Shown here in pieces: positions 30,292 through 38,906 of a stretch of 64,000 nt of DNA (positions are counted from its first letter, which is position 1; every line of letters starts with the position of its first letter). The stretch comes from Planctomycetota bacterium (GTDB lineage: Bacteria; Planctomycetota; UBA11346), in NCBI GenBank assembly GCA_038231435.1, contig JBBRLJ010000014.1, positions 32,001 through 96,000 on the forward strand, in the 5' to 3' direction. The notes under the pieces are model-generated. The model ran no database searches. It was given only the letters and a program-made list of their open reading frames with translations, and was not told the DNA's origin. Both the position numbers and the translations under genes were made by a program.

Positions 30292-31170
30292 ATGAGCGGT
30301 TCCCGCGGCCTCGGCTATGCCTTCGTCCTGCCGACGCTGGCCTTCCTGGTGCTCTTCAACGTCTTCCCGCTGGTCTACAACCTGGTGCTGGGTTTCACCA
30401 ACTACCGGCTTTCCGGCAGCACCTGGGAATGGGTAGGTGGCCTGAATTACAGTCGGGTCTTCGCCAAGCCCGAATACGCGGCGGCGCTGCGCACCACGGG
30501 GTTGTTCGTGGTCTGCGCGGTGGCTGCGGAGCTAACCCTCGGCTTCGTCCTCGCCCTGGCGCTGACGCGACCATTCCGAGGCAAGTCCGCGGTGCTGACC
30601 CTGCTGCTGGTGCCGATGATGCTATCGCCAGCGGTGATGGGCCTCTATTGGACCCTGATCCTCAATGGCGACTACGGCATCCTCGACCAGATGCTCGGCG
30701 CCCTCGGCATCGACCAGCCACGCTGGCTGACCGACGGTTCGCTCAAGCTGCTGTCGGTGCTGATCGTCGATGTGTGGATGTGGACGCCGTTCATGATGCT
30801 GATCGCGCTCGCCGGGCTGAATGCCATCCCCGCGTACATCTATGAGGCGGCGGAGATCGACCGCGCCTCTCGCTACACGGTGTTCCGGCGCATCACCCTG
30901 CCGATGTGCGCGCCTCTTCTGATCCTCGCGGTCCTGCTGCGCGCCACCGACGCGCTCAAGCAGTTCGACCTGGTGATGGCGATGACCGGGCCGAATGAAG
31001 GCGCGACCCAGACGGTGAGCGCCCTCCTCTACCAGACCCTGATCAAGGAGGGCAAGGTGGGCCTGAGCTCGGCCTATGCGTGCGTGGTGCTGGTCGGGGT
31101 GATCGCGCTCGCCTCGCTATTCACGCGCTACCTGGATCGCCTTGCCAGGCAGCAAGGACGCACGGGATGA
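30292..31170 (+). CDS. Carbohydrate ABC transporter permease
   Basis: DVWMWTPF and EAA loop YEAAEID. Confidence 0.92.
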   Translation: MSGSRGLGYAFVLPTLAFLVLFNVFPLVYNLVLGFTNYRLSGSTWEWVGGLNYSRVFAKPEYAAALRTTGLFVVCAVAAELTLGFVLALALTRPFRGKSAVLTLLLVPMMLSPAVMGLYWTLILNGDYGILDQMLGALGIDQPRWLTDGSLKLLSVLIVDVWMWTPFMMLIALAGLNAIPAYIYEAAEIDRASRYTVFRRITLPMCAPLLILAVLLRATDALKQFDLVMAMTGPNEGATQTVSALLYQTLIKEGKVGLSSAYACVVLVGVIALASLFTRYLDRLARQQGRTG

Positions 31171-32078
31171 ACATCGTACGCGTCCTGGTGATCGTGGGCT
31201 ACCTGGCGATCGCGTGCCTGCCCTTGGCCTGGATGGCGCTGACCTCGATCAAGCAGCCGGCAGCGACCATCAGTACCACCGCGAAGATTCTGCCACTCCT
31301 TGGTGCGGACTCGTTGGCGGATGTGGGGGATGCGGCAGATGCGGGAAATGCCCACTCCTTCGCCCCCACCACCTCGGCCTACGCCGAACTCGCGCGCAAG
31401 CCGGCTGCAGAGACCCCAGAGGAGGCCGCGCGCGGGCGCAGCTTCCTCGACTACCTGTGGACCAGCGCGGTGATCGGAGTGCTCTCGACCGCCGCGACCG
31501 TCGCCCTGGGCACCGCATGCGCATACGGCTTCAGCCGCTTCCGCATCGCCGGATCGAAGGACTGGCTGTTCTTCATCCTCTCCACGCGCTTCATGCCGCC
31601 GCTCGCGGTGGTGGCGCCGGTACTGATGATGTACCGACAATTCGGCCTGCCCAACACCTACGCGGGACTCGTCATCCTCTATACCGCGTTCAACCTGTCG
31701 CTCGCCGTGTGGCTGATGAAAGGCTTCATCGACGACATCCCCCGCGCCTATGAAGAGGCCGCCCTGGTCGACGGCTATACGCGCATGCAGGCGTTCTGGC
31801 GCATCATCGTGCCGCAAGCCCGCACCGGCATGGCCGTGACGGCAGTCTTCTGCCTGATCTCGGCGTGGAACGAATTCGGCTTCGCGATGACGCTCAACAA
31901 CGCGCACGCGGTGACCGTGCCGGTCTATTTCGCGGGATTGCAGGGTAACGTCAAGGGCATGCCCTGGCCGCAGATCGCCGCCGGCGTGCTGGTGTTCGTC
32001 GCACCGATCGTGGTCTTCACGGTGCTGGTGCGTCACCACCTATTGCGCGGCGTCACCTTCGGCACGGTGAAGCAATGA
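31167..32078 (+). CDS. Carbohydrate ABC transporter permease
   Basis: FFILSTRFMPP and EEAALVDG; ATGA overlap with the previous gene. Confidence 0.92.
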   Translation: MNIVRVLVIVGYLAIACLPLAWMALTSIKQPAATISTTAKILPLLGADSLADVGDAADAGNAHSFAPTTSAYAELARKPAAETPEEAARGRSFLDYLWTSAVIGVLSTAATVALGTACAYGFSRFRIAGSKDWLFFILSTRFMPPLAVVAPVLMMYRQFGLPNTYAGLVILYTAFNLSLAVWLMKGFIDDIPRAYEEAALVDGYTRMQAFWRIIVPQARTGMAVTAVFCLISAWNEFGFAMTLNNAHAVTVPVYFAGLQGNVKGMPWPQIAAGVLVFVAPIVVFTVLVRHHLLRGVTFGTVKQ

Positions 32079-32383
32079 GGGAAGAACGTCCGTCGTCCGT
32101 GGCCCGCCGTCCGTCGTCGGCGACAGGAGCTGGGGAGGTCACCGGGGCGCGCGATGCCATCCGATCACGGACGACGGATAATAGACCGCGGTCCGGCTCC
32201 ATCCTGCGTCTCCTCGACCGGCTCGCGCTCGCGGGCATGGCTCTCGGCACCTGCCTGATGCTCCAGCCTTGGCTGCCCTCGTGCTTCCGCGCCGGCTTCG
32301 CCTGCCTGCTCGCCAGCACCCTGCTGCAGATCGTCACCTCCCACCTCGTCTCCCCGCGCCCATCCGCGCCCGATCCTTCCTGA
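32075..32383 (+). CDS. Small two-TM hypothetical membrane protein within the ABC operon
   Basis: ATGA-coupled to the permease; two hydrophobic helices around LMLQPW. Confidence 0.65.
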   Translation: MREERPSSVARRPSSATGAGEVTGARDAIRSRTTDNRPRSGSILRLLDRLALAGMALGTCLMLQPWLPSCFRAGFACLLASTLLQIVTSHLVSPRPSAPDPS

Positions 32384-32422
32384 TCATCCACGGCACTGCC
32401 CTCTGTCCGTCCATCGTCACCT

Positions 32423-32472
32423 CTCCGCTCTCCACTCTCCGCTCACCTCATTCTGCTTTCTGCTTTCCGCTT
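32423..32472. repeat. Degenerate heptamer tandem repeat (TCCGCTC/TCTGCTT)
   Basis: tccgctc tccactc tccgctc ... tctgctt tctgctt tccgctt. Confidence 0.65.
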
Positions 32473-32499
32473 CCCCCCTTCTCCCCCGTGAATCGCCCC

Positions 32500-33597
32500 A
32501 TGTCCTTTCTCACCCTCTCCCACCTCGAGAAGACCTATCCCGACGGCACCAAGGCGGTGCACGCCCTGGACCTGTTGGTCGCCGAAGGCGAGTTCATCGT
32601 GCTGCTCGGTCCCTCGGGCTGCGGCAAGACCACCACCCTGCGCATGATCGCCGGACTCGAGATCCCCACCGCCGGCAGCATCTCGATCGCGGGCGCCGAC
32701 GTCACGAACCTGCGTCCGTCCGAACGGGACGTCGGATTCGTCTTCCAGTTCTACGCCCTCTACCCGCACCTGAGCGTGCGCGACAACATCGCATTCCCCC
32801 TCGCCGCCACCGGGATGGCCAAGAAGGACCGCACGCTCGCGGTGGACGAGGTCGCGCGCCGCCTGGGCATCGAACGCCTGCTGGCGAGCTTCCCCAGGCA
32901 GTTGAGCGGCGGAGACCAGCAGCGCGTATCGCTCGGCCGCGCGATGGTGCGTCGCCCACGACTGTGGTTGATGGACGAGCCGTTGGGAACGCTCGACGCC
33001 GACCAGCGCCTGGCGATGCGCGAGTTCATCCGCGAGCAGCAGCGCGCGCTCGGCGTCACCACCATCTACGTCACCCATGACCAGGAGGAGGCTATGAGCC
33101 TCGCCGACCGCGTGGTGGTGATGGAGGGAGGACGCATCCGCCAGGCCGGCGCGCCCGCCGCGGTCTACGATGATCCAGCGTCGCTGTTCGTGGCGGAATT
33201 CGTCGGCAGCCCGGGCATGAACTTCATCCCCGGCGAGATCGATGCCGATGGCGCCTTCCACCCGCGTGGTGCCGGCGGAGCGGCTCGTGGATCCGAACGC
33301 AGAACCGCTGATGGAGGCGCGATCACGCTCGGCCGCCACCTGCGCGCCGGACCCGCGACCCTCGGCGTGCGCCCTGAATTCGTGCGCCCCCGCGCGACAG
33401 GAGCCGGGATCCAGGGCCGCGTGCTGATGGAGGAATACCTGGGGTCCACCCGCATCGTGCATCTCGATTGCGCCTTCGGGCGCATCGCCATGCGCGCCGG
33501 GGCTGACCGCGCGGCGATCGCGGGCGAGACGCTCTCGGTGGGTTTCGATCCCGAGCACGCGCGCGTGTTCGATCACACCAGCGGAGAGCGGTTGTGA
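32500..33597 (+). CDS. ABC transporter ATP-binding protein (MalK-like)
   Basis: GPSGCGKT, LSGGDQQR, LMDEP, YVTHD, C-terminal TOBE-like region. Confidence 0.93.
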   Translation: MSFLTLSHLEKTYPDGTKAVHALDLLVAEGEFIVLLGPSGCGKTTTLRMIAGLEIPTAGSISIAGADVTNLRPSERDVGFVFQFYALYPHLSVRDNIAFPLAATGMAKKDRTLAVDEVARRLGIERLLASFPRQLSGGDQQRVSLGRAMVRRPRLWLMDEPLGTLDADQRLAMREFIREQQRALGVTTIYVTHDQEEAMSLADRVVVMEGGRIRQAGAPAAVYDDPASLFVAEFVGSPGMNFIPGEIDADGAFHPRGAGGAARGSERRTADGGAITLGRHLRAGPATLGVRPEFVRPRATGAGIQGRVLMEEYLGSTRIVHLDCAFGRIAMRAGADRAAIAGETLSVGFDPEHARVFDHTSGERL

Positions 33598-34718
33598 ACA
33601 CCCTCGGTGCCGTGCCTGCCAAACCGACCGAGGACTCGCCTTCCCAGCCGTCCCCCTTCCTTGAGGTACGCGGACTGCGCAAGGCGTTCAGCGGACGTGA
33701 GGTGCTGCACGGCATCGATCTGGAGGTCGGCCCAGACGAACTGCTGGTGGTGCTCGGCCCCACCGGCGCCGGCAAGACCACGCTGCTGCGCCTGCTCGCG
33801 GGATTGGATGAAGCGGATGGCGGAGCCATCGTCATGGCGGGGTCAGACGTCACCTCCATGGCTCCCGCGCGGCGCGACGTGTCGCTGGTATTCCAGAACT
33901 TCTCGCTGTATCCCGGTTGGACGGTGCGGCGGAACATGGAGTTCCCGCTGCGCGCACCTGGCAGGGCCATGTCCGAAGCCGCGATCGCCGAGCGCATCGC
34001 CTGGGCGGCGCGCCTGCTGCGCATCGAGCCGCTGCTCGAGCGTCCAGCGCAGCGGCTGTCCGGCGGGCAGATGCAACGCGTCGCCATCGGACGCGCGATC
34101 GTGCGCCGGCCGAGGCTGTTCCTCATGGACGAGCCGCTGACCAATCTCGACGCCAAGCTGCGCGAGGCGCTGCGCGTCGAGCTGGTGGTGCTGCGCCGCG
34201 AGCTGCGCACGCCAATGGTGTACGTGACCCACGATCAGGCCGAGGCGCTGTCCATGGCGGACCGCATCGTGGTCATCGACGGTGGCCGCGTGCTGCAGAC
34301 CGGGACGCCCGAAGCGATCTACCGCCACCCCGCTTCGCCGACGGTGGCCAGGCAATTGGGCCAGCCCGCCATCAATCTGCTGCGCGCGACGCTGCGCGAC
34401 GGGAACTGGTGCGCAGCCGATGGGACTCCACTCATGACGGCAGGCGCCGTCGGCAATGCCGCTGCCACGCCGATGGGCGATGTGTCGGGCGGAGCCGTCA
34501 TCGGCGTCCGGCCCGAGGACCTGTCGTTGACAGGAGGCGCTCATCCCGGCAGCGTGCGCCTGGTCGAGGATCTCGGCCCCACGCGCTTGGCCGTGATCCA
34601 GTGGGCGGGAGGCGAGCAGCGCGCGGTGCTCGACAAGTCCTCGACCGTCGCGGTCGGCGACCAGGTGTTGCCGAGCATAGCTCCCGACCGCGCCATGCTG
34701 TGGGCTGCGGACGCCTGA
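33594..34718 (+). CDS. ABC transporter ATP-binding protein (MalK-like), second copy
   Basis: GPTGAGKT, LSGGQMQR, LMDEP, YVTHD; GTGA overlap. Confidence 0.93.
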   Translation: MNTLGAVPAKPTEDSPSQPSPFLEVRGLRKAFSGREVLHGIDLEVGPDELLVVLGPTGAGKTTLLRLLAGLDEADGGAIVMAGSDVTSMAPARRDVSLVFQNFSLYPGWTVRRNMEFPLRAPGRAMSEAAIAERIAWAARLLRIEPLLERPAQRLSGGQMQRVAIGRAIVRRPRLFLMDEPLTNLDAKLREALRVELVVLRRELRTPMVYVTHDQAEALSMADRIVVIDGGRVLQTGTPEAIYRHPASPTVARQLGQPAINLLRATLRDGNWCAADGTPLMTAGAVGNAAATPMGDVSGGAVIGVRPEDLSLTGGAHPGSVRLVEDLGPTRLAVIQWAGGEQRAVLDKSSTVAVGDQVLPSIAPDRAMLWAADA

Positions 34719-34947
34719 GGGGCCGGAGCATCCTCGAAACCAGCATACCTAGCACGTTTCAGCCCTCCCGGAGGTGTGGGGAAATCCGCCAACGCCGCTG
34801 CCGAACCCTGGCATATCATGATCATGCGGCGACTCCGCCGTCACGCTGTCGTCATCTGCGGTCGACAGGCTGCTGCGCTCTGAAGCTTCTCAACCCTCAT
34901 CGCCCACAACACCGCCACACCACCGGCATCATCAACCAGGAGTCACC

Positions 34948-35466
34948 ATGATCCGTATTCCCATCCTCTCCGCCGCCCTGCTGCTCATCGCCATGCCGAT
35001 CGGCGGCGCCTGGGCCGCCAGCGAAGGCGACGCCCCCGCGGATGCGCCCACGGGCGAGGCCGCCGACACCAAGGCCGGCGACAAGTCTGCGGACAAGTCC
35101 ACGGACAAGGGCGACGACAAGCCCAATCGCGCCGCCCAGCAGATCGATCAATATCTCGAGCACGTCGATTCCAAGGACGACGACAAGGAGCACGCAGCGA
35201 AGTGGGAGAAGTTCGAGAAGATGCTCAAGGACAAGCGTCCTGACGAGTTCGCGAAGCTCGACGCCGACAGCGACGGCCACATCAGCCGCGACGAAGCCAA
35301 GGCCGCTGCCGAGAAGGCCCAGGCGTCGCTGAAGGAGAAGCACGCCGACGTGTTCGACGCCATCGATACCGATAAGGATGGCAAGCTCAGCCGCGACGAG
35401 CTGCGCGCCGCGCGCGACAAGCGCAAGGGCGAGGGCAAGAAGAAGAAGGACAAGACCGGCCTCTGA
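34948..35466 (+). CDS. Secreted EF-hand protein
   Basis: Signal peptide; two canonical EF loops, DADSDGHISRDE and DTDKDGKLSRDE; AGGAG RBS. Confidence 0.88.
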   Translation: MIRIPILSAALLLIAMPIGGAWAASEGDAPADAPTGEAADTKAGDKSADKSTDKGDDKPNRAAQQIDQYLEHVDSKDDDKEHAAKWEKFEKMLKDKRPDEFAKLDADSDGHISRDEAKAAAEKAQASLKEKHADVFDAIDTDKDGKLSRDELRAARDKRKGEGKKKKDKTGL

Positions 35467-35487
35467 GCCGTCTGTCCCCGTATCGAC

Positions 35488-35527
35488 CGCCGTCCATGGT
35501 CAACGACCATGGACGGCGTTTTTTTTT
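35488..35527 (+). terminator. Rho-independent terminator
   Basis: 14-bp perfect stem CGCCGTCCATGGTC-aac-GACCATGGACGGCG followed by a long T run, just after the EF-hand gene stop. Confidence 0.9.
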
Positions 35528-35537
35528 GCGCGCGGCT

Positions 35538-36614
35538 CTACTGCGCCAGCTCGTCCTTCAGCGCCTGCACGATCTTCTGCTGCGCGGGGCCATTGGGGTA
35601 GCGGGTGAACAGGCCTTCGCGGACCTTGTTGGCCGACTCGGCAGAGCCCACCAGGCGCTCGATGTCGAGCACCGCCCAGCCCTGGGTGTTGGCGGAACGG
35701 ATGAGCAGATCGCGCCGCGTGGCCGACTGCTCCTTGAGCACCTCGTCCATCGGGATCGGCGGCGCGACCAGCACCAGGCGCGGCTGGATCGAGAGCGCCT
35801 CGCAGCGCGAACGCACCACGCCGAGCACGCGCTCCTCCTCCTCCGTCCAGGCCGCGCCGAAGAGCGCCTGGTTGCCCGGCGACCAGATGATGGTGCGCGG
35901 CTTGTCGAGTTTCGCGAGCGCCACCAGCACCGCATGGTGCGGAAAGCGTTCATCCAGCGCGGGGCGGAGCTCGGCGTCGAGCGTTGACCAGGTGTCCGCG
36001 CCCAGCGCCTCCAACGGATCGCCGACCACCACCGCCTTGCCGGTCGGCCGCGGCATCGAGGTACGCAGCGCGCCCCACTTGCGTTCCTCGTCCGCCTTGC
36101 GGCGGCGGTCTATGAGCACCACCGGGATGCCCTTGTCGTCGACCGGGAATCCATCCTTGAGCGCGGCAAGCGGCCATGGCTCACGGGCATCGGCCAAGCG
36201 GATGCCCAGCTCGAAGGCGCCCGACGGCAAGGTCAGCACTGCGGTGCGCACCCCGGGCGCGAGCGGTAGCGGCAGCAGACCGCTGACCCGATCGGTGTCG
36301 GCGGGCGTGGTGAATGGCAGCGCCTCTTCGCCCTTCCAGCCGATCGAGCCCTTCTGCCCGGGGATCTTGTTCGGCAACGCGAACGCCACGTTGCGGGTCT
36401 CGTCGTTGTAGGCCACCGCCGGCCAGTGCGTGAAGGCCGGATCGGGCCAGATGCGCTCGCCCGAGACCGAGGACGGGCTGGGCGGCATCGCCGGCACGGC
36501 GTTCGGCTGGGTCGAGGGCGCGTCGGCAGCGGGCGCATGACCGGCGGCTCCCAGAGCCAGCACCGACACCAGGATCGCAAACCGGTAGCTCATCCGCATA
36601 TGCATCCGTGACAT
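35538..36614 (-). CDS. Secreted hypothetical protein, C-terminal half SGNH-fold-like but degenerate
   Basis: Signal peptide; VVGDPL, WSPGNQ, LVLVAPP, TRYPN echo the SGNH blocks. ATG abuts the upstream TAG. Confidence 0.7.
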   Translation of the reverse strand: MSRMHMRMSYRFAILVSVLALGAAGHAPAADAPSTQPNAVPAMPPSPSSVSGERIWPDPAFTHWPAVAYNDETRNVAFALPNKIPGQKGSIGWKGEEALPFTTPADTDRVSGLLPLPLAPGVRTAVLTLPSGAFELGIRLADAREPWPLAALKDGFPVDDKGIPVVLIDRRRKADEERKWGALRTSMPRPTGKAVVVGDPLEALGADTWSTLDAELRPALDERFPHHAVLVALAKLDKPRTIIWSPGNQALFGAAWTEEEERVLGVVRSRCEALSIQPRLVLVAPPIPMDEVLKEQSATRRDLLIRSANTQGWAVLDIERLVGSAESANKVREGLFTRYPNGPAQQKIVQALKDELAQ

Positions 36615-38906
36615 CTACCTGGTACCGGTGGGCGCCGCCAGCGTTGGCGCCGCCGAGGCCGCTCCGGCATGACCCACGCCGGCGGTGGCTTTCGCGGTGA
36701 TCTTGAAGGCCAGGTGCCGAGAAAACGCCGGCAACGACAGGGACAGGTCGTCGCCGAGCGTGGCCTCGACGCCTCCCTGGGGTTCTCCGGCATCCGGATC
36801 CCACCAGGCGACCCTGATCGGGCCAGCGGCCATGCCTTCGAGCCGGACCGTCGCTCCTTGGACGAGCGGCGAGGATCCGCCCGCCGTCCCCCAGCGCGCG
36901 TCGACCACGTAACCGAGCGCGTGGCCCGGCCTGCTCCACGCCCCCGACCACAATGGCAGAGGGCCCCGCGCCTGGAGATCAACGGCCCTGGCGTCGGCGC
37001 CGCGCGCGTCCTCGCCGGCGAGGAAGCGGCCGATCGCGCCGTAGGGCTGCCAGCGCGCGCCCTGGTCGATCCATTCGAACCACCACAGCATCGGCGCGCC
37101 CGCGTGGCCGGTCACGAGCGCGGCCCACGGCGCGATGGTGTGCTGCGAGAGCACCGAACCGCCATGCGGATAGCAGCCGAATTCGGTCGCGAGGATCGGC
37201 TTGTGGAATCGTCCAAGGCCGTTCCCGGCATGCTCCATGCTGTCGCGCAGCAGCTGGCCGAGAAACGGCGGCAGTCCGCCGAGCGCATCGGTGTAGGCGT
37301 CGATGGTCAGGTAGTCGAGGCCCGGCAGCGCGGCCACCGCCTGGTCGACGCGGCGGTAGTCGCCGCACCAGTGGCTGCACACCGGATGCCCGTACGCATC
37401 ATTGGCGTGCCACGCCGCCGCCGCGCGTCGGTGCCAGTCGACCTGGACGGCCTGGTTCTCGCCCGCGGCGGTGAGGTCCACCTCGGACCACAGCTTCCAG
37501 CCCAGGATCGCGGGATGATCCGCCCAGCGCGCCTGGACGTAGCGCCGCAGGCGCTCCTGCGCGGCAAGCGCGCGCGGATCGGTGAACAGTTGCGCGGCCT
37601 CGGCGATCGGACCGCCATTGGCGACGTTGTAGGGATTGTCCACCCACTCGGTGTCGTGTCCGATCGACGCTTGGCCATGGTTCCACACCACCAGGTTGAC
37701 GCGCATGCGGTTCGCCCACGCATCGTCGAGGACGCGGTCCAGCCGCCACGCCGAGTCCTCGTCGTAGCGACCGATGCCGTGGTAGCCTGGCCAGTCCTCG
37801 CGCCATTCGAGCGCCAGGTTGCGCGGGCTCATCCACACTTCGCACGCGGTGGCGCCGGCGGCGTGGAAGCGCGCGAAGTAGGCGTGGTAGGCCTGGGTGA
37901 TGCGCTCCGGCGTCAGCCGCGTGGCGTAGTTCTCGTGGTCGCGCATATCCCACACCGCGTGCAGGCTCGGGCCCACCGGCCAGAACCACGCGCCATCGAC
38001 GGCGAAATAGCGCGGATCAGCGGCGTCGACGCGCACGTAGCCATCGCTCGCCGGCCCCGCGACCTCGACCGGCGCTAGCTGCGTCACCACCGCGGCCCCG
38101 CCTCGCCAGCGCGCCTCGAGACGCACGCGGTGGCTGCCGGCGACGCGCGGTCGCCAACGCAGCGTGAAGCGCCCACGTCCGCGGGGCGACACGATCTCGC
38201 GATCGCCGCGATCCGCCGATTCCATGGGCTGGTCGTAGAATCCAGCGACGCGCAGCTCGGGTCCGCTCGGAGGGGTGATCACCGCTTCGAGGGTGAACTG
38301 CCCCGGGTCGTAGGGATTCGCCGGCATCGGTTCGGGGACGAGCGACGTTTCCCAACGCTCGCCGGTGCGTATCTCCCCCATTGGCGAGATCAGATCGAGC
38401 AGCCGGGGTCCGCCTTCGATCGATGGATGCTCCGATCGCGCGTCGCCAACCCCACCCTCGACCCGAAGCTCGACGCGCAGATGGGCGTGACTGCGCGTGG
38501 CGGACCAGAACACCAGTCCAGCGCTGCGCGTGTTCGCCGCCTCGACCGCCGACCACGAGCCAAGATGCGGCATCCCGGACAGCGTGGCGCGCGGCGAGAC
38601 GTCGATGTCCAGCCGATGGATGCCGGGTCGCAGGAAACCAGGCCTGAGCACCTGGTACCAGCGTCCGTGCGCTCCGGCGACGAAGGCCCCGACACCGAGA
38701 TCATCCGGCGCGTCCTGGGGCACCTCGACGGTGGCGACGATGCGGTCGGCGCCGGCGAGCCTGCCCGGCACGCGTGCCACGGTCGACAGCGGAGCCGCGA
38801 GCTCGACATCCATCGCCGATGCCTGCGCCATGGTGGCTGCGATGGTGGCTGCGATGGAGACAGCGGCCGAGAGGACGGGCGCAAACGCCCAACGCACCAG
38901 TCTCAT
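36615..38906 (-). CDS. Secreted DUF5060-like / clan GH-A (GH5-like) protein, one accessory module
   Basis: NPYDP Ig-like domain, ARWADHPAILGWKLWSE, KPILATEFG, PMLWW. Confidence 0.75.
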   Translation of the reverse strand: MRLVRWAFAPVLSAAVSIAATIAATMAQASAMDVELAAPLSTVARVPGRLAGADRIVATVEVPQDAPDDLGVGAFVAGAHGRWYQVLRPGFLRPGIHRLDIDVSPRATLSGMPHLGSWSAVEAANTRSAGLVFWSATRSHAHLRVELRVEGGVGDARSEHPSIEGGPRLLDLISPMGEIRTGERWETSLVPEPMPANPYDPGQFTLEAVITPPSGPELRVAGFYDQPMESADRGDREIVSPRGRGRFTLRWRPRVAGSHRVRLEARWRGGAAVVTQLAPVEVAGPASDGYVRVDAADPRYFAVDGAWFWPVGPSLHAVWDMRDHENYATRLTPERITQAYHAYFARFHAAGATACEVWMSPRNLALEWREDWPGYHGIGRYDEDSAWRLDRVLDDAWANRMRVNLVVWNHGQASIGHDTEWVDNPYNVANGGPIAEAAQLFTDPRALAAQERLRRYVQARWADHPAILGWKLWSEVDLTAAGENQAVQVDWHRRAAAAWHANDAYGHPVCSHWCGDYRRVDQAVAALPGLDYLTIDAYTDALGGLPPFLGQLLRDSMEHAGNGLGRFHKPILATEFGCYPHGGSVLSQHTIAPWAALVTGHAGAPMLWWFEWIDQGARWQPYGAIGRFLAGEDARGADARAVDLQARGPLPLWSGAWSRPGHALGYVVDARWGTAGGSSPLVQGATVRLEGMAAGPIRVAWWDPDAGEPQGGVEATLGDDLSLSLPAFSRHLAFKITAKATAGVGHAGAASAAPTLAAPTGTR

